This document shows, piece by piece, positions 27,245-41,748 of a stretch of 64,000 nucleotides of DNA. A program made the position numbers and the translations under genes. How positions within the stretch are numbered: position 1 is the first letter of the stretch; each line of letters starts with the position of its first letter. Under the pieces are notes generated by a model that was given only the letters and a program-made list of their open reading frames with translations, was not told the origin of the DNA and did not search any database. The stretch covers positions 21,204,001 to 21,268,000 of the forward strand of contig CM022672.1 of the NCBI GenBank assembly GCA_012295275.1. The letters are read 5' to 3'. The DNA is from Chrysomallon squamiferum. Taxonomy: Eukaryota > Animalia > Mollusca.

Positions 27245-27859
27245 TTGTGCCATTATAACAACTAGTACTATATTTGATATCATCGGTATTACTGTAGCTA
27301 CTACAATTATCACAAACAACCACTATTACTGTTGTTTTGATTTGTTCTTCTTTTTCTTCTTCTTCTTAATGTTGTTGTTGGTGGTGGTGGTGGTGCTGTT
27401 AATGATGTTGTTGCTGATGTCGTCGTTTCTGTTGTTATTCTAACGATTTATGTCATTATTAGCCAATCAATTCCTTTTTATTATAAATAACTAAATAGCT
27501 TTTACATGCATTTTCATAATCAGGAAAGTATATAGTTCGGATTTTGATAAAACATTCTTGGGACTTTGATTATTTCAGATCAGTTCTTCTTTATTATTTA
27601 ATGCTTGTATATATAAACAAACCAAAATTTTGTGGGTGAAAAAATGTAGTTTAGAAAGAGGATGGAAAAGAAAGAAAGAAAAAAAAAACATCTAAAAACC
27701 AGGGTATACAGAAGAATATCTACCATAGACCAAGTGAATCATGAAACGGGTGAAAAATTAAGAAAGAGAATCGTTTACATTTTCCAAAACTCTTACAGCT
27801 TCTAGATGGCTCTGAGATTTGACCAGTTGACATAGCATTCTTTAAAACCAATACATTTT

Positions 27860-28960
27860 TCATGCTCACATCAGTGCGGAGGCCGCTTGTTTGAAAACGA
27901 TGGCGGCACTTTAAAAGCTTTCAGGTCAATAGCGTTTATCTTCATTGGCCACTTATATGCTGATGATGAAAGCCCTGTGTAATCTTGAAACATTTAGCCC
28001 CATTATGGATGTCTGCATTGTGTTACAGTCTTTTTTCAGCGCCGGTTAATAAGGGCTTATCAAACTGGCCCGTGATTGCTGGAAATGTCTTGGATCACAA
28101 CTGCTCATTAGTTAAGGGACTGTGGAAACCGCGGTGATCGCGTGGTAATTGCTGCCCATTTGCCGCGATTATCTTGTTGATCTGTTATATTTCAATAGCA
28201 GAGAATCACGTCAAATCGGCACTAGATCATGTTAATGACGAATTCTCCAAATTGGTATTTTTTCTCGACACACACAGACGTAATGAAAGACATTGCGCCA
28301 TGGCTGTCCCGCAGCGACGCAGGAACTGCTGTGGTAATTCCGTCAAATTGCAGGTTCGTGAAAAGGCCGCGTAAATCTTGTAAATTTTGCTCTCATGACA
28401 AAGAGTGGTTAGATTGAAATGCACGGAGGATTTCTTTTTTTTTCTTCGCCTTCATATATTCTTTTTTCTTTTTTTAAATATTTTTTATAATTTTTATAAT
28501 TTTTTTTATTTTCATTGCCTCTTTGACTGTCGAGGTTATGAAGTGTGATGGTTCCCAGGGGCAGGCATCATCGCGCGTGGTTCCTTCGCATCGGCCGAGT
28601 CTAGCAGGCGATTAACGTAGTTCGTGTAGCTGCCGAAATCATCGCATTACCTGCTCGAAAAAACAATCTTCTCGGCTGAACGGAAATTAATTTGACTTAT
28701 TAAACGAAGGCTGGTACAATCCCTGGTCACAGGCTAACTGCGTTGCGAGACAAATTCCAAAAAGCATACAGACAAAATTAATGAGGCTTGATGAAAACTG
28801 GGCTTTAGGTGATAAAGAGCATATTGCACATAAATAGTCGGGAAAAGATACAGGGAAACGAATCTGACTTATTAAATAACAGATAATTACGAGACAGCTT
28901 CCAAAATACACACAGCCAAAAATGAAATGTGGCATGACAAATAGCGGGTATTAGATGGAA
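27860..28960. promoter_or_regulatory. Enhancer-like non-coding island (two sub-blocks)
   Basis: GC- and CpG-elevated, many TAAT/ATTA and GATA-type motifs, EBF/COE-like TTCCCAGGGG at 28552-28561. Only short, unconvincing ORFs. Confidence 0.45.
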
Positions 28961-29209
28961 AAGAGTTTAATTCGTATAAATATTTTGATATTAAAAAAAA
29001 AAAAAAAAAAAAAAAATTAAGTAACAAGAAAAAAAAGAAACAAACAAACAAATAGCATGTGAAGTGCTTTATTTCCCCTTCTAATTATAGAGATATTTTA
29101 GATTTTACAATAACAGTTACCGATCTAAATAAGAATAACCACAAGACTAGACATTAACATAATGCCTGCATAATGCTTACCTCATTCCTGTCTACCTCAA
29201 TAGTTTTAT

Positions 29210-29274
29210 ATACATACATTCATACATACACACACACACACACACATACATACATACATACATACATACATACA

Positions 29275-29306
<32 letters not shown>

Positions 29307-29341
29307 CATACATACATACGTACGTACGTACATGCATACAA

Positions 29342-29386
<45 letters not shown>

Positions 29387-29400
29387 GACACACATACAAG
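29210..29400 (+). repeat. (CATA)n microsatellite
   Basis: Directly visible. Confidence 0.95.
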
Positions 29401-30164
29401 TACACACTTGCCCACAAACGTACACAAATACACACTGAAACACACTCATGCCACATAAAACAACCTATGATTTAACTCCACGTCAGAAATTTAAAAACAG
29501 ATTTACCAACTATATAAATCAGTGTTTTATAACAATAATAATAATTATGATGATGATAGTGATAATGCATACGATAGGAACGAAGGCTATAATGATAACA
29601 GTAATAATAATAAAAATAATAACGACGACGATGATGAATAAATTAAAACTTCATTAATCTTCTTTTTAATTTAATAACTTTTCAGATGTTAGTATCGCAG
29701 AAAACTGTATTCAGTGGTTCTTAAATTTCAACACAATTAATGGTTACTTCAACGTTTTTCGCTACATAATTTACAAGCACACAAAAAGCAATTTTGCCGA
29801 TTACATTGATATTATCAGTTCCATAATCTTTCCTCTTTTGGGAATGCTGTTCGTCCATGCGTATCCATCTAAGTCTAAATAGTCAAATGAGAATATTTTA
29901 TTTCAAATGATTGTGATGTAGTGTTATCGTTTATTATTGCAAGTACCCCGTTTAATAAATCATTACTATTCATAGAGTAAACAGATACTCACCTTGAAAA
30001 GTCATTACTGTATTAATTTGCGGCTTCAGTGACTAAACCACAAAGGTTTATTAATTTACTGTTCGCAGGGGAGGGTCGTATTTTGCTTCTGGAGGTGGTG
30101 CTGTAATGTTCGGTTCTCTTTTTTATATTGTTTTGAAATATGTAGTTATGTGGGTTTACGTGCG

Positions 30165-30226
30165 TGAATGTGTATGTGTATGTATATGTATGTATGTATG
30201 TATGTATGTATGAATGTATGTATATG

Positions 30227-30258
<32 letters not shown>

Positions 30259-30495
30259 TGTATGTATGTATGTATGTATGTATGTATGTATGTATGTATG
30301 TATGTATGTATGTATGTATGTATGTATGTATGTATGTATGAATGTATGTATGTATGCATGTATGTATGTATGTATTTATGTATGTATGTATGTATGTATG
30401 TATGTATGTATGTATGTATATCTGTATGTATGTATGTATGTATGTATGTTTGTCTGTATGGATGTATGTATGTATGCACGTATGTATGTATATGT
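30165..30495 (+). repeat. (TATG)n microsatellite
   Basis: Directly visible. Confidence 0.95.
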
Positions 30496-30550
30496 GAGTA
30501 CGTAAGAGGACATAGTAAAAAAGGTTTATTCCCGATTCTGGCTTATTACC

Positions 30551-30610
30551 CATACTAATTGGTGTCCCGTCACCTTAATTGATGGCCCATCACCTAAATT
30601 GATGTACTTT
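30551..30610 (+). repeat. Degenerate 20-bp tandem repeat, 3 copies
   Basis: CATACTAATTGGTGTCCCGT / CACCTTAATTGATGGCCCAT / CACCTAAATTGATGTACTTT. Confidence 0.7.
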
Positions 30611-31614
30611 TGTTAAACAGTATTTTATCCACAATTTGAAAGCACATTCAGTCACACTTTACACACGAAATGTCCCAGAAAGCACTCCACCGCAAGCTGA
30701 CATATATCTCTTAACTGATCTCATTAACCCCACACGTCTAAATTGGTAGTATTTCCTGTCTCCAGATTTTACTGAGATATAACATTAATTTCATGTCTCC
30801 AAACATTAATTTTTTTGCAATCTCTATTCCAGCTCACCTCTGCTCTTCACTGCTCATTAAGGTTAATCTCGTTAATCGCCCCCTCTGTTCTTCACATATC
30901 TCGTTATCCCCATGCGTCTAAATAGGCCTTAATTGCTCACGCCAGTTTTCCCATTTCTGGAAGCGGATTAGAACACCTCACATACAGAGGGACAGACAGA
31001 CAGACAAATAGACAGACAAATAAACAGACAGACAGAGAGACAGAGATGCAGACAAACGGAAATAGATACAGACGTAGTTTTATACACATATTTCATTGTA
31101 TATTTACATCCGTATGCCGTATCTATGTTTATTACGAATGCACGTATATTACATGTACTTTAATATCGGGCTACAGTTTTATAAATTAAAATAATCAAAG
31201 TCAGTAAAGAAACTAAATCCTTGAGTAGAGAATATAACATTCATGTAGAAAAGATTATACTTTTACTCTAAGAGGTTCTCAGAAAATATCATAATAAAAA
31301 CTGACATATCTGCTAAGTGAAGGGGCGAAAGTCAGACATTTTGTCGATCGCTAGACCCGCCCTTGATTAAATGTAAGAGGAAAATCTTGTACAGTGATTT
31401 TATCTCGCCAGAGTAAACTATCAGTTTCCGAAAGGTGTCTACATAACTCGTGAGGCGGAACGAAAACACAAAGGGATCAATAATGAGTGACACCGGCTGT
31501 GATGATGAAATCATTCAGTATTGTACATTTAGAAATACAAGATTTGTTAAATTCTGACTGTCCATTTCTGAAGCTTTGGTTTATTACAATGGCTGTGAAT
31601 CTGAGGTTTCGTTT

Positions 31615-31640
31615 CTAAGGTTGTGAGTTCGAGTCTCGGT
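31615..31640 (+). mobile_element. Possible remnant of a tRNA-derived SINE head (B-box only)
   Basis: AAGGTTGTGAGTTCGAGTCTCGG resembles a Pol III B-box/T-arm. No clear A-box, body or tail. Confidence 0.2.
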
Positions 31641-34212
31641 AATAATTAAAAAATATGTCGTGTTCTAAAAAATATGTTGTGATGTTCTGTCATTAACTCT
31701 CCCTCTCTCTCTCTCTGTATGTCTCAGTCTCTCAACTGAGAACGCATACACATATACGTATTTCTTACACTTAACTTCGTCGTTCACAGGAGTGCAAAAT
31801 ATCACAAAGCGTTGGGAATAGTATCTAAATGTACACGATGGCTAGACACTCCTGCTATGAGATGTTTAGGTTATATGTTCCTGCTGTGATAATAATATTA
31901 GATTTTAGAATCACTTGTGTTGCCTCTTGTTTCCATAACACTTCCCGTATAATTATTGCACAGGAAGGTACATATAAATGAACACTTTCTGCTAATCGAA
32001 AAAGAGTGGCCTATTTCTCGTCGGTAGTGAGTTTTTTCAATCTTTATTTATTTATTTTTAATAACGATATATGTGATGCTGTGTTACATATGGTGCCTTT
32101 TATTTACATGCACTTACAAATTGCATATGTGTACTTATCTATAAGTACGTTTTACGTTGACACACCTAATTTTATTTATCGTACACATATAGAGCAAACC
32201 TCCTTATTATTATTTCTTTTTATCTTTTCTTTTGTTATTCTGCAGAAATTTCGCATCCACATTCTTAGCACGAAACACTCATCTTCACAGAATTAAAACT
32301 TTAAATTGACTTCCACGTGGCCTTTCTTTATCTACAACAAAAGACTTTTCAGACAAGAACATTGCATCTCTCTTCACTGATACAACGAGCAAAACAAAAG
32401 GGAAAAGAAGCATCCACTTTATTAGATGGTCGCGTTTCAAAGAATTAACCGAAGACCCTCTTTCTGATTAGCTCGTCATTAGAAACAAAATCAAAGTTAA
32501 AAGTCTGTTAATTTTCACTCTCAGCAGTCACAAGATTAGAGCGAAGAGAAGTTAAAAGATCAACGTAAACAGATTGTTTTACGATTTAAATTAGTCGTAA
32601 GTTATTATAAATGTCCACTCTGTTTGATAACGTCAAAATTATTCAGGAGTGGATCCAATATGCTGGAAAAAAAAGAGGGACAGCCATCCGTGTGTGATAG
32701 ATGAAGATTCTCTGTTTAAAAAGATATCGACTGAGAAAAAATAGTAATAAAGCAATAAAATAAGGGAAGTATAAGCCATGTACCTCTTTAGTCAAAATCC
32801 CGAACCTCTTCACTGAAATTTCTTTGATTTCTGTACAATAGTTTTACTTCTGTATCCGAATATGAAAGGTCATTGTTAAAGTAATCTTTTAAATTAGTCG
32901 TAAGTGATAATAAAATGACGAATCTTAAGATAATACGACCATTATTAGAAACATTAAAGTGCTGTAAACGAGTTTTATCAAGAAAATCTTTTGAATTGTG
33001 ATAACTGAGTTGAGTAGGAATTTATTATTTGAAGTTGACTGAGGTGGGGGCCGAGGAACAGCTAAATCACACGAATAATGAAAATCATGAAATATAATTT
33101 TTTTCATTTTGCTCATAAAATAAGCCTTTGATAAATAAAATAAAGACGAAAATAATTAATAAAATAGAAATCAAATCCAATGAATGAATATAATGTATAT
33201 ACATACATACATACATACATACATATGCATACACACACATACATAATTATAAACGTAATTTAAATATATAATTGCAAAAGTGATCGTTAAAGTTCTAAAA
33301 GATACAAATATATAGATTATATAGAAATTATGTCTGTATTCACAAACAAGTGTAATATTCTGATCATGTGTTGATTAAAATCATTCTCTACAAATACATA
33401 TGCACATACATGCGCACGCATTTCCTCTTATTTATTACAGTCAGTAATCGATAAGGCAGTATAAATGCAACAAAGAATATCGTTGAAAAATGTATCATTT
33501 TGTACTAAACATTCAGTACATGAGCCATGCTCAAAACGGTGCAATGTTAAAAGTTAGAAATAGTATCGAGCATCTTCCTAGACATATCATTTTTGAAACA
33601 TTAAAATTTCCTCTTCTTCTTAGTATTATTATTTATTAATTTATTTTTTCTGTTTCTTTGTTCCTTTGTTTCTTTCTTTCTTTATTTATTTACTTTTTTT
33701 TTTTAAATTTTATTTATATTTATTTATTTTTTACTTTTTATTTATTTTTTATTATTATTATTTTTTTTTTTTTTCGTTTGTGTTATTCTGTTTTCAAAAT
33801 CAGACATATTCAAGGCGACTCGGTTGCACTCGTTAGTTTCCGTGATGTCACAACATGCCGGAAGAATTACCATCGATTTAGACAAATTGCTCATGACACA
33901 CTGGACATTTCAGCGTAAACGAACACCGGCGGAAATCAACGAGCAATCAATATCGCGTATACAGAGTGGGTCCCCAGGGCGTTCTCATGTTTCCCTGTCA
34001 TTACACGAAAATAGTTGAAAATACGGTATTTTGATCACATGAATATGGAACACAATTATTTAGACATTTTGCGTAAAAACACGGTTCAATGGATTATTTA
34101 ATGTTTTATCACGAAAGGTTTTTTTTTTTTTGTTTTTTTTTTTCGGGTTTTGTAGTTGTTGTTTGGATTTGGATTTTTTTGTGTGTTTTTTTTTGTGGGA
34201 GGAGTAGTAATA

Positions 34213-34273
<61 letters not shown>

Positions 34274-34310
34274 TTAGTTTTAATTTTAATTTTAATTTTA
34301 ATTTTAATGT

Positions 34311-34341
<31 letters not shown>

Positions 34342-35448
34342 TACATTTATTATTTTTTTTTTGTTGTTGTTGTTGCTGTTATTGTCGTTGTTCTTTGAGT
34401 TTTTAAAATTATTATTCGACTAGACACTGTATAGTGATATTTCTTTACTCATAAAACCAGTCTGTAAGGTTTATGTAGTTGCTCAAACCTATTAATATAA
34501 CGAGATGAATTTATTTCAACAAACGTTATGTTTAACTATGAATATGTTTGAATTAATTTCTGTTCATTTCTCACAGGTTTCAACGTGTATAACTGTTGCA
34601 TATATGTCTCTGTATGTATGTATGCATGTGTGTATGTGTGTGTGTCTATATATATATATATATATACCGACATATACACACATACACACACATACATAGA
34701 TAAATACGATTGCCCCTCTGGCGTTATAATTGAAAAATACTTAAAAGATTCAGTACTGTATTAACTCTCAAACAGTGATGATGTGATATCATGTTACACT
34801 CTAACCATGTTTAACACCTAATAACATTTCATTCATTCACTGATTTATTTCTGTAAACACCTAAAATATTATAAATGATTGTGATGGTGATAACGATAAT
34901 TATGATAATTAAGTACAACAACAACATCAACTACAACTTAATAATTATGCATTGATATATTGATTCATAAAAGCAAACAGACAAACTAAAAAAGCGAATT
35001 ACCAATTAAAAACATAAAAATAAAATATAATATTTCTGTCCCTAATCCATCTCTTTTTTTTTTAAATTTTACTTTAATCAAATGTCAGCTATTCAGTTAT
35101 GATTTGTTGCAGTTCTATGATTTATGTGTTGTTTTTTTTTCAATCAATACACAAATATTGTTTTCATTAATTTATTAACGGCGCGAATGCAATCGATAAG
35201 TGTAACAGTTTCACAGAAAACACAACATTTTATTAAAAACGCATTTCATGTAATATGTTTTAATGTGTGTGCTCTACTGCAATGATATCTCCAGCAAAAC
35301 CATTGTCGTTCTGTCGATAACCGTAAAAAGCTGTTAGTTTATGGATTCTGACATTTACACTGTTATTATAGTCATCTAAACAGACAAGGGTCCGTCCATC
35401 CATCCATCCATTGTGTTTAATGAATCTAAAACAGGGAGGGCGATTACT

Positions 35449-35517
35449 ATATCATAACTATATTTAAGTCTACACACACACATATCATAACTATATTTAA
35501 GTCTACACACACACATA
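35449..35517 (+). repeat. Perfect 33-bp tandem duplication
   Basis: ATATCATAACTATATTTAAGTCTACACACACAC at 35449 and 35482. Confidence 0.9.
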
Positions 35518-35621
35518 CAGACACACACTAAAATACACAGATACACACACGCATACATATATAAACAGAGCTGTATACATTTATGCACATATCCATACAT
35601 ATATATGTATTTGTTTACACA

Positions 35622-35658
<37 letters not shown>

Positions 35659-36837
35659 TTATACATATATATCAACATAATAATACATTAAAAAAAAAAC
35701 GTTGTTGCTAACCTAAAAATCTACAGCCAGCTGATGGCACAGGCAGATTTTCTATCTGTTGGATCATTACTCATATTTAATGTTACCGAAGACTAAAAAT
35801 CCATTCAGTATAGTATTAAGCAAAACGGTTCTACGTTTACCTACTACATACATATATAAAATAACAGACTGAATTCACCATGTTATGAAAATAGTTATCT
35901 TACGAAGACTGCGAAAATATAGAAATTCCTCGATGAGAGAAAAATGAAACCAATATTGCATATCTTCAAGTACTGTGACAATATTTTATTTGTAACCTCA
36001 ACACTTCAAAAGCGAACTAAATTTGCCAACATTAACGCCACATTTGAAACTATTTAGCGCCATTCAAACCAATCTAACACTGGAAATCCCTAACACGAAG
36101 CCACGGACTTCAAACGACTTGATGAAACATCGCGTGAAGCAAATAAACACTGAGGTATTTAATGAAATCAAAGAACATCTTTAGTTGGGCGTTTATCTTA
36201 TGTCCACAACATTAGACTCACGTAGGCTCGGAAAATTATATTAATTACAGTGGAGCACTTTACCGCTCTTTTGCATTGTTTTGTAAGAAAACAAAGTCTC
36301 TTTACAGCGCCAATCCTGCTCGTATTTACCGTACGTGATGAGAGTGGTCTAGTTCTTCCTCTTCAATACGCCGAGCGTACAACTTCCGTAGCTGGAGTAC
36401 GATAGGGCAAATATCATTATGTTATAAAAACCTTCTAATAAGCTATAATATTGAAGGAATAGGAGACTAATACACACAATTAAGGGATAATCGTATTCAA
36501 AATGTTCTTCGGTAAACACACCATCCGTGGTTTCCCATTATTGCGGCTTGAAACAGAGTTTTTGGTCACTGACAATCGTTGTGATAAGTGAAAGGAGTCC
36601 TTTTTAAAGACGGAAGTCGTGTTCCCTTTCTTCAAAGAGCTTCGTGCTTTTGAAGATTGTGTTTGTTTGAAAGAACGATTGCTTGTTCGTGGCTCGATGC
36701 GAATTCGAGTCCAAAACACATAATATACATCTAACGTGGTCGTGCTGTGAAATGAAAGTTTCTGTTTTCATTTCAAACACCAGAAAATAATATAGATAAA
36801 TTAACTAACAGTCTGTTATGAGCGATGTTGATAAATG

Positions 36838-37015
<178 letters not shown>

Positions 37016-37411
37016 TATACACATTAAAACTGCTAATATACTGACATATGTATTACTGATACTGTTAATTATTTGTATCCCACTTACTGAATGGATGGAT
37101 GCGATGACAAATATCTTTCATTTCTATTTCAAAAATATTGGTAGTTGTAGAAAAGGTATACTTTCAAGTCAAAAACAGATTGTATTAGACATTATTATTC
37201 TTGGAATGGGCATTATCGTTTTATTTCCATGAACACGCTAAGTCAGTGAATCCTGTAAATATCTGAGTATATCTGCCACAGCTATCTGTATATGGGTGGC
37301 AGGATTAACTGTCTTCAAGGTAAAGCTCTGTAACTTTGTATCCATAACTACGGGAGATGCTGTTTTATCTAAAGACCTGTGGATATAAAATATCTATTAC
37401 TTTCTCAAACC

Positions 37412-37468
<57 letters not shown>

Positions 37469-37609
37469 TGACAATAATAATAATAATAATGATAAAATAA
37501 GAAGAATAATAAAATAAGGACAATAATATAAACAAATTTAACATTTTTACTGATATAAGAAGTATTCTTTTTTTTTAATCGTGTACTCTCTCTGTTTACC
37601 TGTCATCTA

Positions 37610-37657
<48 letters not shown>

Positions 37658-37919
37658 CATCTACCAGTCTACATCTGCATATATTTATATGTCTGTCTGT
37701 CTCTCTGTTTATCTCTATATCGCATACAATAAGATATCGTTTTGATGAACTTTCGGGAGCTTATTCAGTTCAAAAAAAAAAAAAATGAATATCGGTTTTT
37801 CATAATACATAATGAGAACTTAGAGACAAACATGCAGTTAGACAGAGAGATAGACAGATAGACAAACACACGTATAAAGAAGTCAAGTTCACTAGATTTC
37901 TATCAAACATAAGCATCAG

Positions 37920-38270
37920 CTACCACCGATCTCTGAAACGTGCTTCGTGTGTGTCAAAGCTGGAGCTGGACGGGATCAATGACGAATCAATGAGGAAGCC
38001 GAGCGAGGCGAGAGCGATGGCGACTAACGTTAGAATTTCAAGCCGCCACGATCGACGACAAGGCAAAGCATAAAACATCCATTGTCAGCCGAAGCGAGTT
38101 CTCCGAGATAACCGAGCACATTTAAAGACTTCACGACTCAATTCATCAATGAGCAAAAATTAATCATTCAACAAATCTAATTAACTTCCGCCTTTTTCAG
38201 ACGCGGGCCCGACAGAACACGAGTCTCGTAACACTATATTATAAATAATTGCTGAATCGCTTGGCTAATT
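37920..38270. promoter_or_regulatory. Enhancer-like non-coding island
   Basis: CpG-rich patch with ATCAATGA three times and TAATTA/TTAAT cores. Confidence 0.4.
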
Positions 38271-38868
38271 TTCTGTAATCTTTCAATTTCCTTTTATTTT
38301 ACTATAATTCACCTCTCAGTTTGCGGTTATTAGTTCTGATCTGTTCTACGTCTAAACGATTATCTCAGTTTTTATATGGATCTCCGTTTTAAAGGATTTT
38401 TTTTATCCGATTTCTTTTTTTTTTTCTCTTCCTTTATCGCCTTTTAAGCGCATGTCTATTACGCTCCTTGTTTCGATTCCATTACCGTATTGTTCTGAAA
38501 ACATGGACTTGTCAATAAAATAAATGAAATCGGCGTTAAAAGGTTTTGATTTCTTAGATGGTCATGTTTGTCCTGCGGCGACGTAATTACTGGTTGTGTT
38601 TATAAGCCATCATAAAAGATTCATGTACGTGTATTTATAATAAAAATTAATAATTTTTGATATTCTGTTATTGCGCATTTATTGGAAACTCGTTGAAGTG
38701 TTATGATACGGTTCCATAGGTATATTAACAGATTAGTAGTTCACTGAGGAGATTCATTTTTTTTTCTTTCTTTCAACATTTATTGGTTTTAAGATAATAT
38801 TGGCTTAATGTTATAATTATGACTAATGATTTATAAACTATCGCATGACTGATATTTGAAGATAAATA

Positions 38869-38903
<35 letters not shown>

Positions 38904-39103
38904 TATATATGTATGTATGTATATATATATATATATGTATTATATATGTATGTATGTATATATGGATGGATGGATGGATGATGGATGGATGGATGGATAG
39001 ATATATTCATGTGTGTGTGTATTTTCTTAATTACTGTGAACAAACAACCATAACATCATTAACGAATATATATTTTTTATTTTTATTTTTATTTAAATAT
39101 TTT

Positions 39104-39150
<47 letters not shown>

Positions 39151-40258
39151 TTGTTCTCTGTTTTTGTAGACGATAACTATATAAATAATAACTTAAAAGA
39201 ATGATTTTCAGTTTCATTATAATACCCAGCACAATAATGCCCCCTGCCCTTCCTTTGACCTTCTCAATTAATCTCTCTATCCATTTTAGAAATTCAGAAT
39301 ACACTTTGTCTTTTAAAGTAATTGCTTTAACATCTCAAACTCTTTCGACTGGGAATTTGTGGATCCATATGTTTATTTTATTTTTTTCAGATAGTTTACA
39401 TGTTTAAGTCAGGTTGTAATGAATGTCCTGAAGTTAACTACATAATATTAATTCTTTGTTGTTATTTTCTAACGTACGAGGTGTTTATTTCATTTCGGTT
39501 ATTGCTTTGGATTCACATGGTCAGAATCAAGGCAAGGTTAACTCCTCTTTATTTTATAATTGAAAATTCTATATGGATTCCTTTTTTCAAATTATGATTT
39601 AAAGATTTTGGGATACTTTTGTAATAAATAAAAGAATGTCTTTGTTCTTTTGAGTTTGGTAATAAAAAAATATTTAACCTCACCCTTAGGGTCATATTCT
39701 GCTGTCAAAATTAAAATGTTCTTATTTTTAGACAATTACAGTGTGTAAATACGCTTTAATAAAATATTGAGTCCACGACATCCTATTTAATTTTTTCCAA
39801 AAAAAAAAGAAAAAAAAAAAAAAAAAGGAATTGCCCTCAACACTCACCCGAACATCGGTAAGCAATTTTAGCGAAGATATCACCGTGTAATTGTGTTTGT
39901 CAGCATGCAAAATATGCTCTTATTTGAGCGTTGTGACTACAGACTGAAAGCCAAGCGTTAATCGCACAAAGCGAAAGATGATGTCTGTTTTCATTTCATT
40001 AGAACCAGTTATGGATGCGTGCGCACATTGACCGCGATATTTTTGTTAAACTACCATCCTCACACCCGCTTCTCTAAGCTGTTACTTTCGAATTAAGATG
40101 TAACAATGAGCTAAAGATTGTGACAGAAGTCTTCGAGTAATTCTTCTGGATTAAAAATGATGATGATCTTGAGTTCAAAATTCTGAGCACGTGCGTAGAT
40201 GATGACGCTAATGTGAAGAAAATGCTTCATGAAAGGTCGGAATTTCCTCGCCTTGCCC

Positions 40259-40337
<79 letters not shown>

Positions 40338-40708
40338 TACTACTACTACTACTGCTACTGCTGCTGCTACTATTACTAGTATTGTTGTTGTTATTGTTGC
40401 TCCTGCTGTTTAGTGTGAAATAAGAGAAGTGTAAAATATTTTTTCATAGACAAATATATATATATATATATATTAAATATTTTAAAAGCTGGGGAATAAA
40501 GAAATAATTCAGTATTGACAACCTTTATATTGCAAAACATGCATATGAGTTACATTTTCGTGAGTTCTCTATCTTACAAAGTTTTAATTTATACACACTA
40601 GGAAATAAAGCAATAAAATGTTTTAAGATAAAATTTAATATGCTGAACAAAAGAAATTAGGAACCATGGTATACTCGCTTAATTTTTTTGAAACAATGTG
40701 TTATGTTA

Positions 40709-40771
<63 letters not shown>

Positions 40772-41344
40772 AATCTAAATCAACATTAGTAATAAATTTT
40801 AGTCCACAGTAAAAAAAAACTTATTTTTCAAGTCACTGATTCATATCTCATGAATAAATATCGCCATTTCACTGGTAATAATATTTCATCATCCCTAATT
40901 TTTTCGTTCGGTATATTTTTATACTTTGAACTGACATTTAACTGTTTGAAATATAACATAGCAGCGATTAACATTATTTAGAGATCTTTTAGGTGTAATA
41001 TTACAAAACCTGTTAAAACCATTCTGATTATTTTTATTATTTTCTACTTTGTACAGATTTGCGAAATTTTTAATGGCGTCTCGAACATATTTGTGAGATA
41101 TAAAACGTTAATTTTAATGAAAATAATGTTTCAAAGATCAAAGAAAGGCAATGAAATGTATATTCAATCAGATTTTGTAACTGGTCTATATGATTTGATT
41201 GCGTGATATCAGTTGTGTTTTGGGTATATTTTTTTCTAATAATGAAATCCATTATTCTTTTTTTTTATGTGAATCATAACAATAACGCGAAGGTTTGTAT
41301 CTTATTTTGTTCGCTCATTCTAACTATATGTGTGTGTGTGTTTA

Positions 41345-41391
<47 letters not shown>

Positions 41392-41398
41392 TATTTCT

Positions 41399-41435
<37 letters not shown>

Positions 41436-41687
41436 CGGTCTCTCATTAGTTATTATTTTTTGAAAATATTTTTACGTTGTAAAATCTGAAATTATAATTT
41501 CTGGTTAATGTATTATATGATCGATACATAGCATCGGTGTGTTTATCGTCTTCATCACAACAATGATCAATAATGTCATCTACACGGCTCTCAACAAAAG
41601 AAACAACAACATTTCAATGTTGTAGTATTAGAAGTAGTAGTTTCATTACAAATAATAATAATCTCTTTTAATATTATTATTATTATG

Positions 41688-41748
<61 letters not shown>

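Noticed and set aside
28174-28424. Three overlapping 62-66 aa ORFs on both strands
   Set aside because: No coherent splice sites or recognisable domain; expected in a GC-elevated island.
31615-31640. tRNA gene
   Set aside because: Only a B-box-like motif; no cloverleaf or A-box.
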